From positions 30,318,001 to 30,382,000 of the forward strand of contig CDPCPM010000106.1 in the NCBI GenBank assembly GCA_976551045.1: a stretch of 64,000 nt of DNA. The letters run 5' to 3'. The notes beneath the pieces are model-generated. The model made no database searches. It was given only the letters and a program-made list of their open reading frames with translations, and had not been told where the DNA came from. Below, one piece after another: positions 23,546 to 37,530 of this stretch. Position numbers and translations under genes: made by a program. Positions within the stretch are counted from its first letter, which is position 1, and the number at the start of each line of letters is the position of its first letter. Source of the DNA: Glaucostegus cemiculus. Taxonomy: Eukaryota.

Positions 23546-26500
23546 ATCACAGGATAATGGAGCAGAAGCAGGCCAGTCGGCCCATCGAGTCTGCTCCAAA
23601 GGGGAGGGAGGGTGGGGAAAGAGGATAAGAGAAAAAATAAAAATAAAAACCTATTCTGTCCAAATCCCTGCCTTATCTCCATATCCCTTGATACCTTGAC
23701 CAATTAGATATCTATCTATTTCCTTCCTGAATATCCCCAATGATCTGGCTTCCACTGCTTTCTGTGGTAAGGAGTTCCACAGGTTCACCACCCTCTGGCT
23801 AAAGAAATTCCTCCTTATCTCTGTTTTGAACCTGCTTCCTCTCATTCTAAGGTTGTGTCCTCTAGTCCTGGATTCCCCCACCAAGGGAAACAGCTTGACC
23901 ACATTCACTTTGTCCATTCCTTTCAACATCTTGTACGTTTCTATTAGGTTCCCTCTCATTCTTCTGTATTCCAACGAGTACAGTCCAAGTGACGACAGTC
24001 GCTCATCATATGTAAGCTTATTCATCCCAGGAATCATCCTAGTAAATCTCCTCTGAACCCTCTCCAACATCAGCACATCCTTCCTAAGGTATGGGGCCCA
24101 AAACTGCACACAGTACTCCAAGTGAGGCCTCACCAGTGCCCCGTATAGCCTCATCAACACTTTCTTGCTTTTATATACTATACCCCTCAAATAAATGCCA
24201 ACACAGCATTCGCTTTCCTTACTGCCGATCCAACCTGGCGGTTAACCTTTAGGTTATCCTGTACAAGCACCCCTAAGTCCCTTTGTACTTCTGTGCTTCC
24301 AATTTTATCTCCTTCTAGATAATAGTCTGCCCGTCCATTTCTACTTCTGAAGTGTTCAACTGCACATTTTTCCACGTTGAACCTCATCTGCTATGTCTTC
24401 GCCCATTCTTCTAGAATATCTTAAGTCTCCCTGTAACTTTCCTGTCTCCTCAATACTCTCCACTCCCCCCCCCAATCTTAGTGTCATCTGCAAACTTGGC
24501 CACAAACCCATTAACTTCTTCGTCTAAATCATTAATATACAAGGTAAAAAGAAGGGGCCCCAACACCGACCCCTGCGGAACACCACTAGTAACCGGCAGC
24601 CAACCAGAACAGGAACCTTTTATTCCCACCCTCTGTTTCCTGCCATCCAGCCAACGCTCCACCCATTCTGTTATCCTGCCTGTTATTCCGTGATCTCTCA
24701 TCTTACTAATTAGTCTTTTGTGCGGCACCTTGTCGAATGCCTTCTGAAAGTCTAAATACACTACATCTACGGCCTCTCCCTTGTCCACCCTGCCTGAGAT
24801 TTCTTCAAAAAACTCCAATAAATTGGTCAGGCAGGATCTTCCCTTCATGAACCCATGTTGACTAGGACCTATCTTGCCTTGCACCTCCCAGTATCCCCTC
24901 ACCTCGTCCTTGAGGATCGATTCTAGTATCTTCCCCACCACAGACTTAAGACTGATAGGTCTGTAATTTCCTTTGTGCTGTCTCCCACCTTTCTTATACA
25001 GTGGAACTACATTCGCGACCCTCCAGTCCTCCGGACGGAATCTCTCCAGCGTCTATCGATTCCTGAAAAATTATCACTAATGCCTCCACTATTTCTAAAG
25101 CTACTTCCTTCAGTGCACGGGGATGTATCTCATCCGGTCCCAGAGACTTATTAGTCTTTAACTCATTTAGCTTCCCCAACACTTTCTCTCTAGTAACCTT
25201 AACTGTACTCAATTCTGTCCCTCGAGACCCTTGACTAACCGGTATATTGTTAATATCTTCCACCGTGAAGACCGACGCAAAATACTGATTTAGCACCTCT
25301 GCCATCTCTTTATCATCCATAATCTCTCCCACATCATTTTCTATCGGTCCTATATCAACCCGTGTCTCTTTTACTTGTATAGTTAAAAAAACTCTAGTAT
25401 TCTTTTGAATGTTCTCTGCCAATTTCATTTCATAATTTCTCTTTCTTTTCTAATGACCTTCTTAGTTTCTTTCTGTAGGTTCTTAAAAGTTTCCCAGTCT
25501 TCTGTTTTCCCACTTTTTCTTGCTTCCTTATATGCCCTCCCTTTTGCTCTTATTTTAGCTTTCACCTCTCTCGTTATCCACATTTGTGTCCTTTTTTCCA
25601 TTTAAAACCTTTTTTCTTGGAATGTATCTATCCTGCATTTTCCTTATTACTTGCTTAAATTCCACCCATTTATGTTCTGCCGTCCCTCCAGCAAGCTTAT
25701 ATTTCCAATCAATCTGGGCCAACTCTTTTCTCATCCTTCTGTAATTCCCCTTGTTCCACTGAAATGTCGACACTCCAGTCATCAGCTTCTCCTTTTCAAA
25801 TTTCATTCTGAACTCAATCATATTATGGTCACTAGTTCCTAATGGTTCCTTTACCCTTAGTTCTCTAATCACCTCTGGTTCATTACACAACACCCAATCC
25901 AAAACAGCCGATCCCCTGGTGGGCTCATCAACAAGTTGTTCCAAAAAGCTGTCCTGTAAACATTCAACAAACTTGCTCTCCTGAGAACTGCTGCCTTGCT
26001 GGGTTTCCCAGTCCACCTTCATGTTAAAGTCACCCATAATTATCTTAACATTGTCACTCTGACATGCCTTTTCTATCTCTAACCGCAACTTATGGTCTAC
26101 CTCCTGATTGCTATTAGGGGGCCTATATACAACAGCTACAACTGTCCTCTTACTCTTGCTATTCCTTAGCTCCACCCATAAAGTTTCCACTTCATCTGAC
26201 CTAATGTCCTTCCTTTCTATTGATTTTTATCTCATTACTAACCATCATGGCCACACCACCCCCTCTACCTTCCCGCCTATCCTTCCTATACACTGTGTAC
26301 CCCTGGACATTGAGCTCCCAGTCACATCCATCATGCAGCCACGACTCAGTGATTGCCACAATGTCATATTTATTAATCTGCAGCTGTGCTACTAGGTCAT
26401 CTGCCTTGTTCCTGATGCTACGAGCATTTAAGTATAATACCTTTAGCTCGTTAACCACTGTTGATTTTGTTGTGCTTCCTTTTTTCAGCAACTTATCCTT

Positions 26501-27266
26501 AATTTTTATTTCCTCGCCCTTCTTTCTATCCTGACTGCTCACTATCATGGACTTCTTTTTATTTGCCTCCACCTCTAGTCTAACATCCTGTGTCCTAACA
26601 TCCTCATTTATTGTACTATTATTCAGCATGTTACCCTGATTAATCACTTGCCTGTCTGTCTTGCCATCCTTATCACACACTAACTTGGACCTATTTTTAT
26701 GAAACTCCTGCCTTTCTCTATCTACTTTTACCCTAATATTCTGGGTCCCATCCCCCTGCTTGATTAGTTTAAACCTTCCCCAACAGCTATGTTAAACAAT
26801 CCTGCCAGGACACTGGACCCTTTTGAGTTGAGGTGTAACCCATCCTTGCAGTATAGGTCCTTCCTCCCCCAAAAGGTCCCAATGGTCTCCTTTCCTGCCT
26901 ATGTCATTGGTGCCAACATGTACCAAGACCTCTGGCTGTTCCCCCTCTCCCCTCAGGATATTCTGGAACCGGTTCGCGATATCCCTTACCCCGGCACCAG
27001 GGAGGCAACACACCATACATTGTCGGATACATTGTCGGACTCACAGAATTTACTATCTGTACCCCTCACTATCGAATCTCCTATAACCACTATATTGCTC
27101 TTACCCCCCCTGACCACAGTACCGGGTGCGGTGCCAATGTCCCGGTTGCCATGATCTTCTGTCGGGTCATCCTCTCCAACGGAATCTAAGATAAGATACC
27201 GATTCTCGAGGGGAACCGCTCCAGAAGAGCTTTCAACAAACTCCTTATAGCTCCTTATAACTCCTT
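23546..27266 (-). mobile_element. Young 5'-truncated CR1 LINE, 3.7 kb: partial esterase ORF1 plus frameshifted APE-RT ORF2
   Basis: ORF1 SGNH motifs VIGDS, VHVGTND, DGLHLN (about 26790-27100); ORF2 pieces [69 protein letters not shown]...LWNSLP; CR1 3' tail at 23546-23600; target-site duplication ATAGAGG at 23539-23545 and 27267-27273. Confidence 0.96.
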
Positions 27267-30200
27267 ATAGAGGGAAATAAACAGTTAACGTTTTGGGCTG
27301 AGACCCTTCATTAGGAATGGAAAGGAAGAGGGCAGAAGCCAGAATAAGGGGGGGGGTGTGTGGGAGGAGCACATGCAGGCAGAAGATAGGTGAGTTCAGG
27401 TAATAGGACAGTCCAGGTGAGGAGGGAAGGTAGTGGGATGTGGAGAAGATGTGATGAGCTGAGAGGTGACCAGTAGAAGAGGCCAAGGGCTGAAGTGTAG
27501 TTAATGCACTGTACCTACATTGCAAGAGTAACTGTTGGTTCTGGGGGTTGCCAGTGGGGGGAGAGGTGGGTGCAAGTGGCTGGATATCTAGAATTAAACA
27601 TGACCTTTAGTTGTGCATGCAAGGCTGCAGCAATGTTTCTCTTCAATACTCTAATAATCTTGCAAACTCTGTCATGCACCTGACCCTTAAGTGGAAGGTC
27701 CTTGACTTGTAAATTAGCTATACAGCACAGAAAAGGGCCCTTTGATCCATTGTATTTACACCAACAAGCAGGCACCCGTTCCACTAATCTCTTTAATTCT
27801 CCACACATTCCCATCTCCTCCCCCACCCCTCCCCTAGATTCTACACTCACCTACACACATGGAGCAATTTAGTGGCCAACTATCCCACCAAAATGCCTTT
27901 AAAAAAATCTGCAATGTGCAGGAAGATTTGACTTCTGCACAGTTTTTGTCCAGTGAACAAAGTACAAAGGAGTGAGGATTTTTTTTGTTAATTGGGAATT
28001 TTCTAAAATTGGAGTTGAATTTGTTCAGGGTTATCTGGTCAAACAGATGCAGCTAGTTTGGCAGTAGTGCAAGGTTGGTTGACATTATACCAACACTTTG
28101 GTTGTGGGTGTGGCATTTGAGTTCCCTCTGGGACTAGACCATTCCTGCTGAATGTAACCAGGGCTCTGTACTGACATCAGTAAACCATTGTCCTGGCTCT
28201 GCTGAGTAAGGATTCCTGATAGCAATGCAAGTAAAACATTTTCCAAAAACAAGTTATCACCACATTTTGTGTAAACAATGCTTATTCCATTGGAGTTTAT
28301 TTTATGTGACCTATTTACATTTGGGCTGTAGTTGGAAGTATCATCCTTGGATACAGCTCCATTATTTTTTGGTAGCCACTGCTTCACCATTCAGTGAACA
28401 ACAACTTTCAGTTGTGTGGCACTTGCAGTGATAAATGCAGAATTTATGGCAAAGCCACGTTAGAGCAGGTAGCCAAAAGTGAAAGGTGCTCAAGGACTCT
28501 TAGAGGAAAGGGAGGTAGAGGCAAAGTTCAAATAAGAAGCTGTTCAGTTTGGAATCTTGGCAGCTGAAGTCATGACTGCCAACAAGCATGGAATCATTGA
28601 ACAACAGTTAGGTACCCCAGTTAAACTTTCCTGTGCATATGTGCTCTTTCCAACAAAGTTTGGGCTATTAGTCAGGAGCTAGGGCTTAACTTCAGACTGA
28701 GTCCTAGCTTGACTAGCTGGGAGACAGAACACAACCAGCTGGGAGAAGTCTGGCCCTCAAGTAGAACAGGCCCATTACAATTAGGCACAGCAAGCTCCAC
28801 AAATGATCAAACTTTACAAGCAGCTTGCATGACAAAACTGAAGTTCCTTAAATCTTCATGGGAACATGTTAAATTTTCCCTTTTAAAGAAATTATAAATA
28901 TTCTTTTTTCCAGAGGATTTTGGTCTAATCTAAAATTCAAAAGGAACAGATTTGAAAAGACTGTCAATATTTGATACACTAAGGATTTGTGTATAATTAT
29001 ACAATGTATGTCAACAGAGATAACCTCTACAAACACAACTCCAGAGCAATGCTAATGTGGGAGAGGATACTTGAGAACATGATATTCTTAAACTGCTGTT
29101 AAAGGTCCTAAAAGTGAAATGTATAACTATTATATTTGAGGTGGGGAGAGGAGATTCCCACTCAGTAATATGTTTCATCTTATGATGGAAAGGGCCTGTT
29201 TGAGCTTCATGTCTTGGCTCATTATATTTGCTTGTGTGATGTTTGGATTTGGCTTTTCAATTATTTAATTCTCTTTAGCTGTTGGCCATCTTGCTGGGGA
29301 AGATGTGGGCAGGGAAAGAAACCTGTTCCTGTGCTCCCAGCACAAATTTGAAGAGTGCATTTTGCACCCCTTCTCGACTCAATTTCCTGATGTTTCCTTG
29401 ATATCTGGGTGGAATTTCTCCCAACTAAATATTGGAAAATGAAAGCCATTGTGCGTTTCTGTCCCCGTCCCAAGCTCTATCCCAGGTACTGATAAAGCCC
29501 ACCCAGACAACTGCGGCTGAGTCAGTATTCATTCTTGGTGTCTGTTGTTGAGCTCAGGACCTTGAATCTCTGCATCCCTAAGGCTCCTGTTTACACCTGT
29601 TACTTGCCAAAATGAGGGGTTGTATAACACAACTGAGGTGCTGGGACTGAGAGCTTGGTCACTTCTAGCAGTTTTAGATCGCCTGAAGTTTGTGGAGCAT
29701 TGAACAAGGGGAAGTGACTGGGAGTGCACTGAGATGGTTGGATGTGGTGGTAATGAGCATAGATCAGTGCTCCCTTGTGACAATATTGGTGTATTGACTG
29801 CCATCAAATTTTTGTGTGCTGGACAAGAAGTCGCATGGGAATGGAGAATATGAGCTAAACTCTAATCTGGCAACAGCTGCCAGAATACCTGGCTGTGCAG
29901 TTACAGTGGAGATGTTGATGTATGCATTCAGATCAAAAGTACATGACTCAGCCCTTGAACCTACCCATTGTAACCTCAAATTCACTCTCCTGCATGCTTG
30001 AGGTAACCTTTCACTACCACCCTTTTATCAAGAATCTATCTAGCCTTAAATAAACTCCAACTTGCCAGTGTTTATGGAAAGGTTCCAAAGACACAAACAT
30101 CTGACAGAAAATTCACCATTTGTTTTCAAACCAGTGATTCCCTGATTTTTATTTTTAAAGTGACCCCTTGGTTCTGGGTTCATCACCTCCCTGTCACACC

Positions 30201-30367
30201 CAGGATCTGGTGTTATCAAATCTCTACTCAGTGGGAGTCGGTGAATAGATAAGAATTTTGTATACTGATACACTTATTTTGCCAAATTTTTTTCCCACAA
30301 GAAAGAGCTGTGGAAATGCTGATGCTTGAGTTTTCAACAGCAGTTCTTTGAATTGTAATGTGCTCAT

Positions 30368-30790
30368 CACAGTCGTACAGCACAGAAACAGGCCCTTCAG
30401 CCCAACTGGTCCATGCTGACCAGCATTCCCATCTAAGCTAGTCCCATTTGCCTGTGTTTGGCCCATATCCCTCTAAACCTTTCTTGTCCAAGTGTCTTTG
30501 TGTTACTGTACCCACCTCAACCACTTCCTCTGGTAGCTCATTCCACATACTGACCACCCACTGCATGAAGAAATTGCCTCTGGTTTCTATTAAACCTTCC
30601 CCTTCTCACCTTGAACCCATGCCTTCTAGTTCTTGATTCCTTTTCCCTGGAGGAAAAAGACTGCATCCATCCTATCTATGCCCCTCAGGCTTTGTACACC
30701 TCCTATAAGGTTACCCCTCTGTGTCCCATGCTCAAGAAATAAACCTGCTTGACTTCTCTATAACTCAAGCTTTTGAGTCCTGGTGACATT
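30368..30790 (-). mobile_element. CR1 3' fragment
   Basis: ACAGCACAGAAACAGGCCCTTCAGCCCAAC...GGCCCATATCCCTCTAAACC, as in other copies in the window. Confidence 0.78.
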
Positions 30791-33700
30791 TCCGCAGAAG
30801 CTGCCTGACCTTCTATGCCTGTTCCCCACAGCCCTCCATTCACTGACACCACAATCCATTTTGCCTCTTGCTGTTTCCTAAGCAACATAGAATCCTTGTG
30901 GTGTCTCTTCAGTTGACTGCTAGTGCTGGTTTAAGTGCATTGTTTATTATGACACTGGATGAAGGGAAAATTAACAACCCCATATAACCCTTCTGATGTT
31001 TGATCCATGTTTATGCATCCATTGATTAGACTGGAATTGAACTTTGTTCAGTTAATGTGTGTTTACTATTACATATGTTCATTGATTTGTTTGTATGTAA
31101 ATAAAAAAAATGTTCTGTACACTTAGAAATGTTACTGCAAGGCAGTGTATAGCTGCTCTGTTGGTAATACAAACAGTTGCAGACCTAGTTTGATATAGAC
31201 TCCTGAACAAGGAATGGGAGCAGGACTTGTCCATTTGGCTCTGAGGTTGCTGTGTTGGCCAGTGGGATCATATCTCATCTTCCACCTCGTCTGTTTCCCA
31301 CAATTTCCCCTGATCCTGTATCCAAAAATCTATTAATCACAGCCTTGACTCAGTATCTCTACAGCTCTTCAGAGTAGAAAATTCCAAAGATAACATCCCT
31401 CAAGAAAGGAATTATTCCTCCCCTTGATTTAAAATGGCCAGTTCTTGTAACATTGTCCATGATCAGCTTGGACTAGGGCTGATTTCAGAGGCTTTGGCTG
31501 GGAATTATCTTGGGGAGGCATTTGTGATGGTCAGTGTTCCCAGCTTGGTAAGCTCTGTGCAAAGTTGGAATGACTGAGGTGTGAGCCTTGGCATTGGGAA
31601 GGTCCAGAGCTTTGTCTGTAGATCAGAAATGAGCATTGCATCAAGGCACCAGAGAAGAGGCTAGGGGTTATTGGGGCTCCTATACCTTAAAACCAGAGTG
31701 AATAAGGGTGGTACTTGGGAGTTGGGTGACAGGCTGCACTAAGAACTGCAGGGAAGTGTGAAGCAATTTTGTCTGAGATTAGTGCACTAATTTACTAGTT
31801 ATCAACCTAAAAATTGTGCCATTATTTCAAACCACTGCTTGTGATTGAACTATTTCATTCCACCCTTGCAGGCTGGGTACAATCCCAGTACATTTAGTAG
31901 CAAGTACTCATTTAAAATTTCATAACCAAGTTAAGAAACTAGTTTGTACCAAAGAAATATGCATACATTCATATGAAATTCCTAGAAATAAGACTAGGAC
32001 CCCCAGGAGATGGGAATTGAGATGTTTGGAAATGGATCATCAAAAGATTTATTCTGCTGGACAATTCTTGTTTTGTCGGCATAGCCTGTTTTGACTTGTG
32101 CATTAGTATCTTGAGCTTTGTTAATCTGTTCATGGGATGTGGGTGTTGCTGACAAAACTAGCACTTATTGTCTATCCCTGTTGGCCCTTGAGCCAAGTTC
32201 TTTAGGCCATTTTGGGGGATGCTGGTAGTACTCTACAATACCATGTGTCTGATGTTGCATGTAGACCAGAAAATTGGATTTGCCCTCCCCAAATGACTTC
32301 CCCCTAAAGATGGGCATTTGATAGCTTGGTCGTGTTTGTAGTCACTGCCAGTTTTCAATTTCAGATTGATTAACAATTTAATTCCCTCTGCTCTGGGATT
32401 CAACCATGCCACCAAGCCTGTGAATACCAACAGTGCTATGGAGTGCTCATGTTTAAAATTGATCTTGGGGTTCTTGATCCAGGGAGGGTATGTCATCCTG
32501 TACATCAATACAGATTGAATATCACATCAGTCATGCATTTTAGATGAAACTCCTCGTCTCACCACTTCCTCTCTCCACTCAGTCCTGATACAAGGTTTCG
32601 ACCCAAAACAGCATAGATAATTCCTTATTTTAACACCCCATCCCCCATTGCACACATGTTACTGAGATCTTCCAGTAGATTTTGTTCCAGATTCCAGCAT
32701 CTGCAATTTTGTTTCCACTTTCCTTTCCATAGTGGAAACAGCCCATAGATTCAGGGGAACATTGTTCCATGGTGTTGCTTTAAACAGCCTAGAGAGAGTC
32801 TGATAAACTCACCATTCCCTATTTGTAGGGACTTGCAATATGCAAACTGGTTTGATTTTTGATACATAACTAATGACCAGAACTGGTAATTTGATTGTAG
32901 CTGGGTGCACCTATAAACCAGAGTTATTTCCTTCCATGCTAGTGTTCAGCCACAGAATCTCTATCATAAATACAGTGCTGCGTTCTCTCTTCTCCTCCCT
33001 CCTAGTGTGACCACTTCACCACCTGGCTGTCTGGGTTGGACTGTTTTTCACAAGTTGCTGGTAGGTAAGAAATATTCAAAAACCAAGCATTCAACATGCC
33101 TCTACATCATCCAAACAATACTTGTGGTGCCATGATTTCTTCTGTTAACCACAACAGAAGCTATGTCTTTACTAATTGAATTATCACAGCTGATTAAAGC
33201 CTGCAAAGAGCAAATTGATAGGTCATTACCCAGGAAGCTAAACTTGTCTATACGTGCAGGTGTTGGAACAAGTTTCTTGCAGTGGAAATCTGCACCACTT
33301 GCAGAAGTGTCATGGCTCTAGTGATCAGAGAAACCAATGTCTCCAGCTGCATATTAAACTTGTATTCTACACAGATGTAAGGCATGTCCTTGTGCTGTTC
33401 TAATCCATAGGTTGTGCAAGGAATTGGTGTTTAATATATCTGAGATGCTTTGATTTCCTTGCCTGACCTTTGTGCAGAGTTTTGGCTGACTCCAATCAGT
33501 CTGAGGATGTGTATCTCAATGTTTGTCACCTCCATAGAGGATGTTGTAATAGCACACTTGAACAGCTCAAGGTTCCATATTAAATCACTGAACATATCCC
33601 CACCAGTGAACAGGTTTCTTCACAGATGTCAATGTCATTAGCTTTTCTAAGCATTTTGTTTGGAGTCAATTTGCACTTCAGTAGGTACTTCTGTTCTAGT

Positions 33701-36700
33701 GCTGACATGTATAGACAGTGGTAGGTAGTAAATGGGCCAGGACTGCAGGCCACTCTCAGTGGATGCAAGGGTTTCATCTGATCTGTGTTGTGTTTAGAGG
33801 CAAGACACAGCAGCACACCAGGGTCGGTGCTGAATGTCCTGGCTGGGCTCTCCGGCAATAGTCTAACAAGTCCCTGTACCAGATTCACTCCTGTTTTACC
33901 ATTGGCTAGTTTTGGTTTGCCTATAGTCTGCAAGAAACCTGTCTAGAATCTCAAGTATTTGGCATCAAGACTCATGGTTAATCCATCTTCACAGAAGGAA
34001 GTCTTGTTCCTTCCTATCAAAAGTCACCAAATGACAGTTAAACTCTGGAATCTTGGTGGATGGTTCCCCTTCCCTGGTGGGTGATTTTGTTTTTTGGGTG
34101 GGGGGGGTGGAGTGTAATCTAGGAGGAGCCACTGTTTCTGAATAACTTGTTCATTTAATATGGTTGAGACAATGTCTTCAGATTACAGGGTTGAGAATTT
34201 CAAATCATGGTCTTGGATCACTGGTATTCCAGACTGAGACTTGGACTCTGGGAAGATGGGTTAAGAGCTTTGACATCAACTAAGATGTGACTGATGCAGT
34301 TGGATATAGGACTACAGTTTGGGTTTATTTGGCTTGGTACTTGATGGTTTCTCCTGTTATCTTTGGGGGGGGGAAATGGGCAGGAATATTTAAATGTTAG
34401 ATTTCTGTTCTCAAGTGCTTTGGGAGGTTTCATTAAGTTGACAGGGCCATATTGCAATTATACAGCAACAGTCTCTATTTAATATTCATTCATTGCAGGA
34501 AATGGACATATCTCGTCCATGGGAAACTAAAAACCAAACTTGAGAACTTCCATTGCTGCCAGTTTAAGTGGCCACCTCCATCCACTTATTCCACCTTCCT
34601 GTTTGTTCAATGGCTTGAGTTTTGATCATTCACTAGCAATGAATTGTTGAAAAGCATTTCACTAAAAGTGGTGCACTTATATTGGTTCCTGCTCACTAAT
34701 AGGATACATTTAATTAGAACAGCTTGCTGTAACAGTTGTTGGAATTTTCAATCCTGATATCTTACCAGTTGCTTAAATTTTCACAGAAATTAGGCTGAGG
34801 TTCCTGCAAATTAAAATAGGCTAATTAATATATCAAGTTTGCCATCATTTTGCATTAGCACCATTCTGTGTATTTAGCAGGAAGTGTTGGCAAGGCTGCA
34901 TTGAATTCCAATGGCAAACGCTGGTGAGTTTTTTTCTGTGGCCTTAATGGGTTTTCTGACATGCTTCCCTGTAATACTGGGGCTACTGTCACTATCTGTC
35001 CACTGCAATTGCTGTCTTTTGGTTACTGCACTGGAGGAATAGATTAGTCATTTGCTCTGTATTTATAGGCTCCTGTGTACTGAACAGCTGTTGCTTGCAA
35101 AATAGCTGAACATTAGTAATGCAAATAAAAATATTGTGCTACATCTTTAGGATTTGTGTGTAAATGCTTCATTACACCAGTTACTGTAATAACTAATCAG
35201 TTACAACTATTACAGGGTTTGTTTGCAGCCCAAGGCTTTCCAACATAAAATTAATTCCAGGAAATAAACCCCTTCCCCAGCATTAACACCTGTATTCTTG
35301 TCTGATGGCAGAGTTTGTGTGTCAGATAAATTACTAAGCCGATTACTGTTTGTTTGCACTTTGGTAGAATGTTTTGGTGATGTATAATCCCTACTGCATT
35401 TATCACTGGGTTTGTTTTCAGACTTCTGCCTGTCAAAAAAAACCATGGATAACCTACCTCACTGAAACAGTTTTATAATTGTGTAGAAATGAGGCCTTTC
35501 AGCACTCATCTGTTGGGCCATTTAGTGGATCTTGGCTGATCTGGACTTAACTGCCCTACATCCACACTTTCTGGTAACAAATCTACCAGTCTGGTTACTG
35601 TTTGAGAAATGTACACCTGATTTTTGCTAATGAGTATCCAGCCTTTAACCGATTATGCTCTCTTGTTTTGAATTCCATGCCAGAAAGGGAGGGTCCTCTA
35701 TCTATCCCTCCTTCCTGTAGATTCTGGATTGCCCTCAACCTTCTGAACTTGGTTGCAGGATCTGCCACATTGTTCTTGTACTCCATTGTAAGTGGCAGTG
35801 CCTTTTCTGGTGAAGCTGTACTGAGCAGTTTCCAAGGCCACTATCTGGAGGCCAGAATTGGATAGAGGCTTGTTGGCTACACCAGATCAGAGTTATAGGG
35901 ATAAGACTTTTTCAAGTGCAAATTTTAGGTGGATTATCATCCTGAGCTAGTATAGTTGAAGGATGAGACATGCACAGCAGAATTTTGGATGACCTCAACT
36001 TGGAGTAGAATGAGGAAAGTCAGTCTGCAGTATGTTGGAATCAAGCCTACATTTTAAAGGCTTCCATTGTCTCCCTTGTGACTGAATGTGAAGGTGGGCA
36101 TTGACAAACAATGACACACTCACGCATTGAGTGCTAGTGACTGGCATTTCTCTTCTAATGCCTAAAATTACATGTGGATTCCCTATTCCTTCAAGGAATT
36201 TGAAGGAAATGAAATTATTATTCAAAAGGATTGTTTTTTCCTTTAGGTTTTATTATGTTTTGTTTTGTTACGTTTCCATGAAAGCGGACAACCAGTTTGG
36301 AACATTCCTTATTGCTGACTACTGACCTGTTGACTCTTGTAGAGCCAAATGCTTAGTCAATGGCAGTTGTATTTACAATATGTTCTATTCTGTTTCACTG
36401 AAAAATCTAGTGATATTAAATAGTATTACATATCTCCACAGGTTGTTTTAAATGTAATTAGTGAAAATCAGCCTTGGACAAAAATTAAAATGTAGAGCTC
36501 TGCTCATTCAGACTGAACATTTTGTAAGACATTGGGATATCCTTTTCATTCCCAGGTCTAATTTGTGTATCTGGGAGGGGCTGTTCCTGTTATAGATCTG
36601 ACCTTTACATTAATCCAGACTTTCAAGCACTGCAGAGGTTCTGACTTGACAACCCTTGAGTGGAAGTAAGACCTGGAGTGGATGCACTATCAAAATTAGG

Positions 36701-37004
36701 AGGTATATTTAAAGCTATTTTTTATAAATAAACAAGACCAAGTTTTGATGGAAACATTAAATTAGGCAATAAAACAGAACTGTCTAACCCCCATAAACTC
36801 CAGGTCAGGAATCCCCATTCAAATCCAGTGTCTGCTCACTCTCTGGATTTCCCCAGTGTGTGGTGGCAGAGGGAGTCCTCCAGTATAATGCTGGAGGATA
36901 CCAGCACATTCAGGCTCCATGTACATTGTCCTAGGACAGTAGTGGATTTAACCAGGATTTCCAAGAGGTTTCCTCTGCTGCACAGCAGTTCAGCTTGTTA
37001 GTAA

Positions 37005-37530
37005 ATTTGGTTTATTATTGTCATATGTACCAAGGTACAGCACAAAAACTGTTTTGCATGCCATCCATACAGGTCACTTCATTACAACAATGTCTTGAGG
37101 TAGTACTATCTACCTTGTGACCCTGCACCTTATTGCACTGCACTTTCTCTGTAGCTGTGATGCTTTACTCTACTGTTACTGTTTTTACCTGTACTACATC
37201 AATGCACTCTGTACTAACTCAATGTAACTGCACTGTGTAATGAATTGACCTGTACAATCAGTTTGTAAGACAAGCTTTTCACTGTAACTCAGTACAAGTG
37301 ACAATGCCAATACAAGGGAAAAGCAATAACAGAATGTGGAGTAGTGTTAGAGTGCAGGCAGACAAGGTACAAGGCTATAATGATTGAGGTCAAGGGTCCA
37401 TCTTGTTTTAGGAACCATTCAATAATCCTGTAACAGCAGGATAGAAGCTGTCCTTGAGCCTGGTGGTACATACTTTCAGGCTTTGGTATCTTCTGCCCAA
37501 TGGGAGTGGGAAGAGAGAATGTCTGGGGTT
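37005..37530 (-). mobile_element. Rex1/Babar-like 3' tail with an oppositely oriented tail of the same family nested at about 37108-37310
   Basis: LPLGRRYQSLKVCTTRLKDSFYPAV on the - strand; internal + strand tail ending GCTTTTCACTGTAACTCAGTACAAGTGACAAT. Confidence 0.75.

Noticed and set aside
23651-26680. RT and endonuclease ORFs as a host gene or novel RT system
   Set aside because: Ordinary CR1 ORF2 broken by frameshifts, with a CR1 tail and target-site duplication.
27500-36900. Many 60-120 aa ORFs in mid-intron 1
   Set aside because: No recognisable domains or convincing splice-site pairs; consistent with chance ORFs and decayed repeats.
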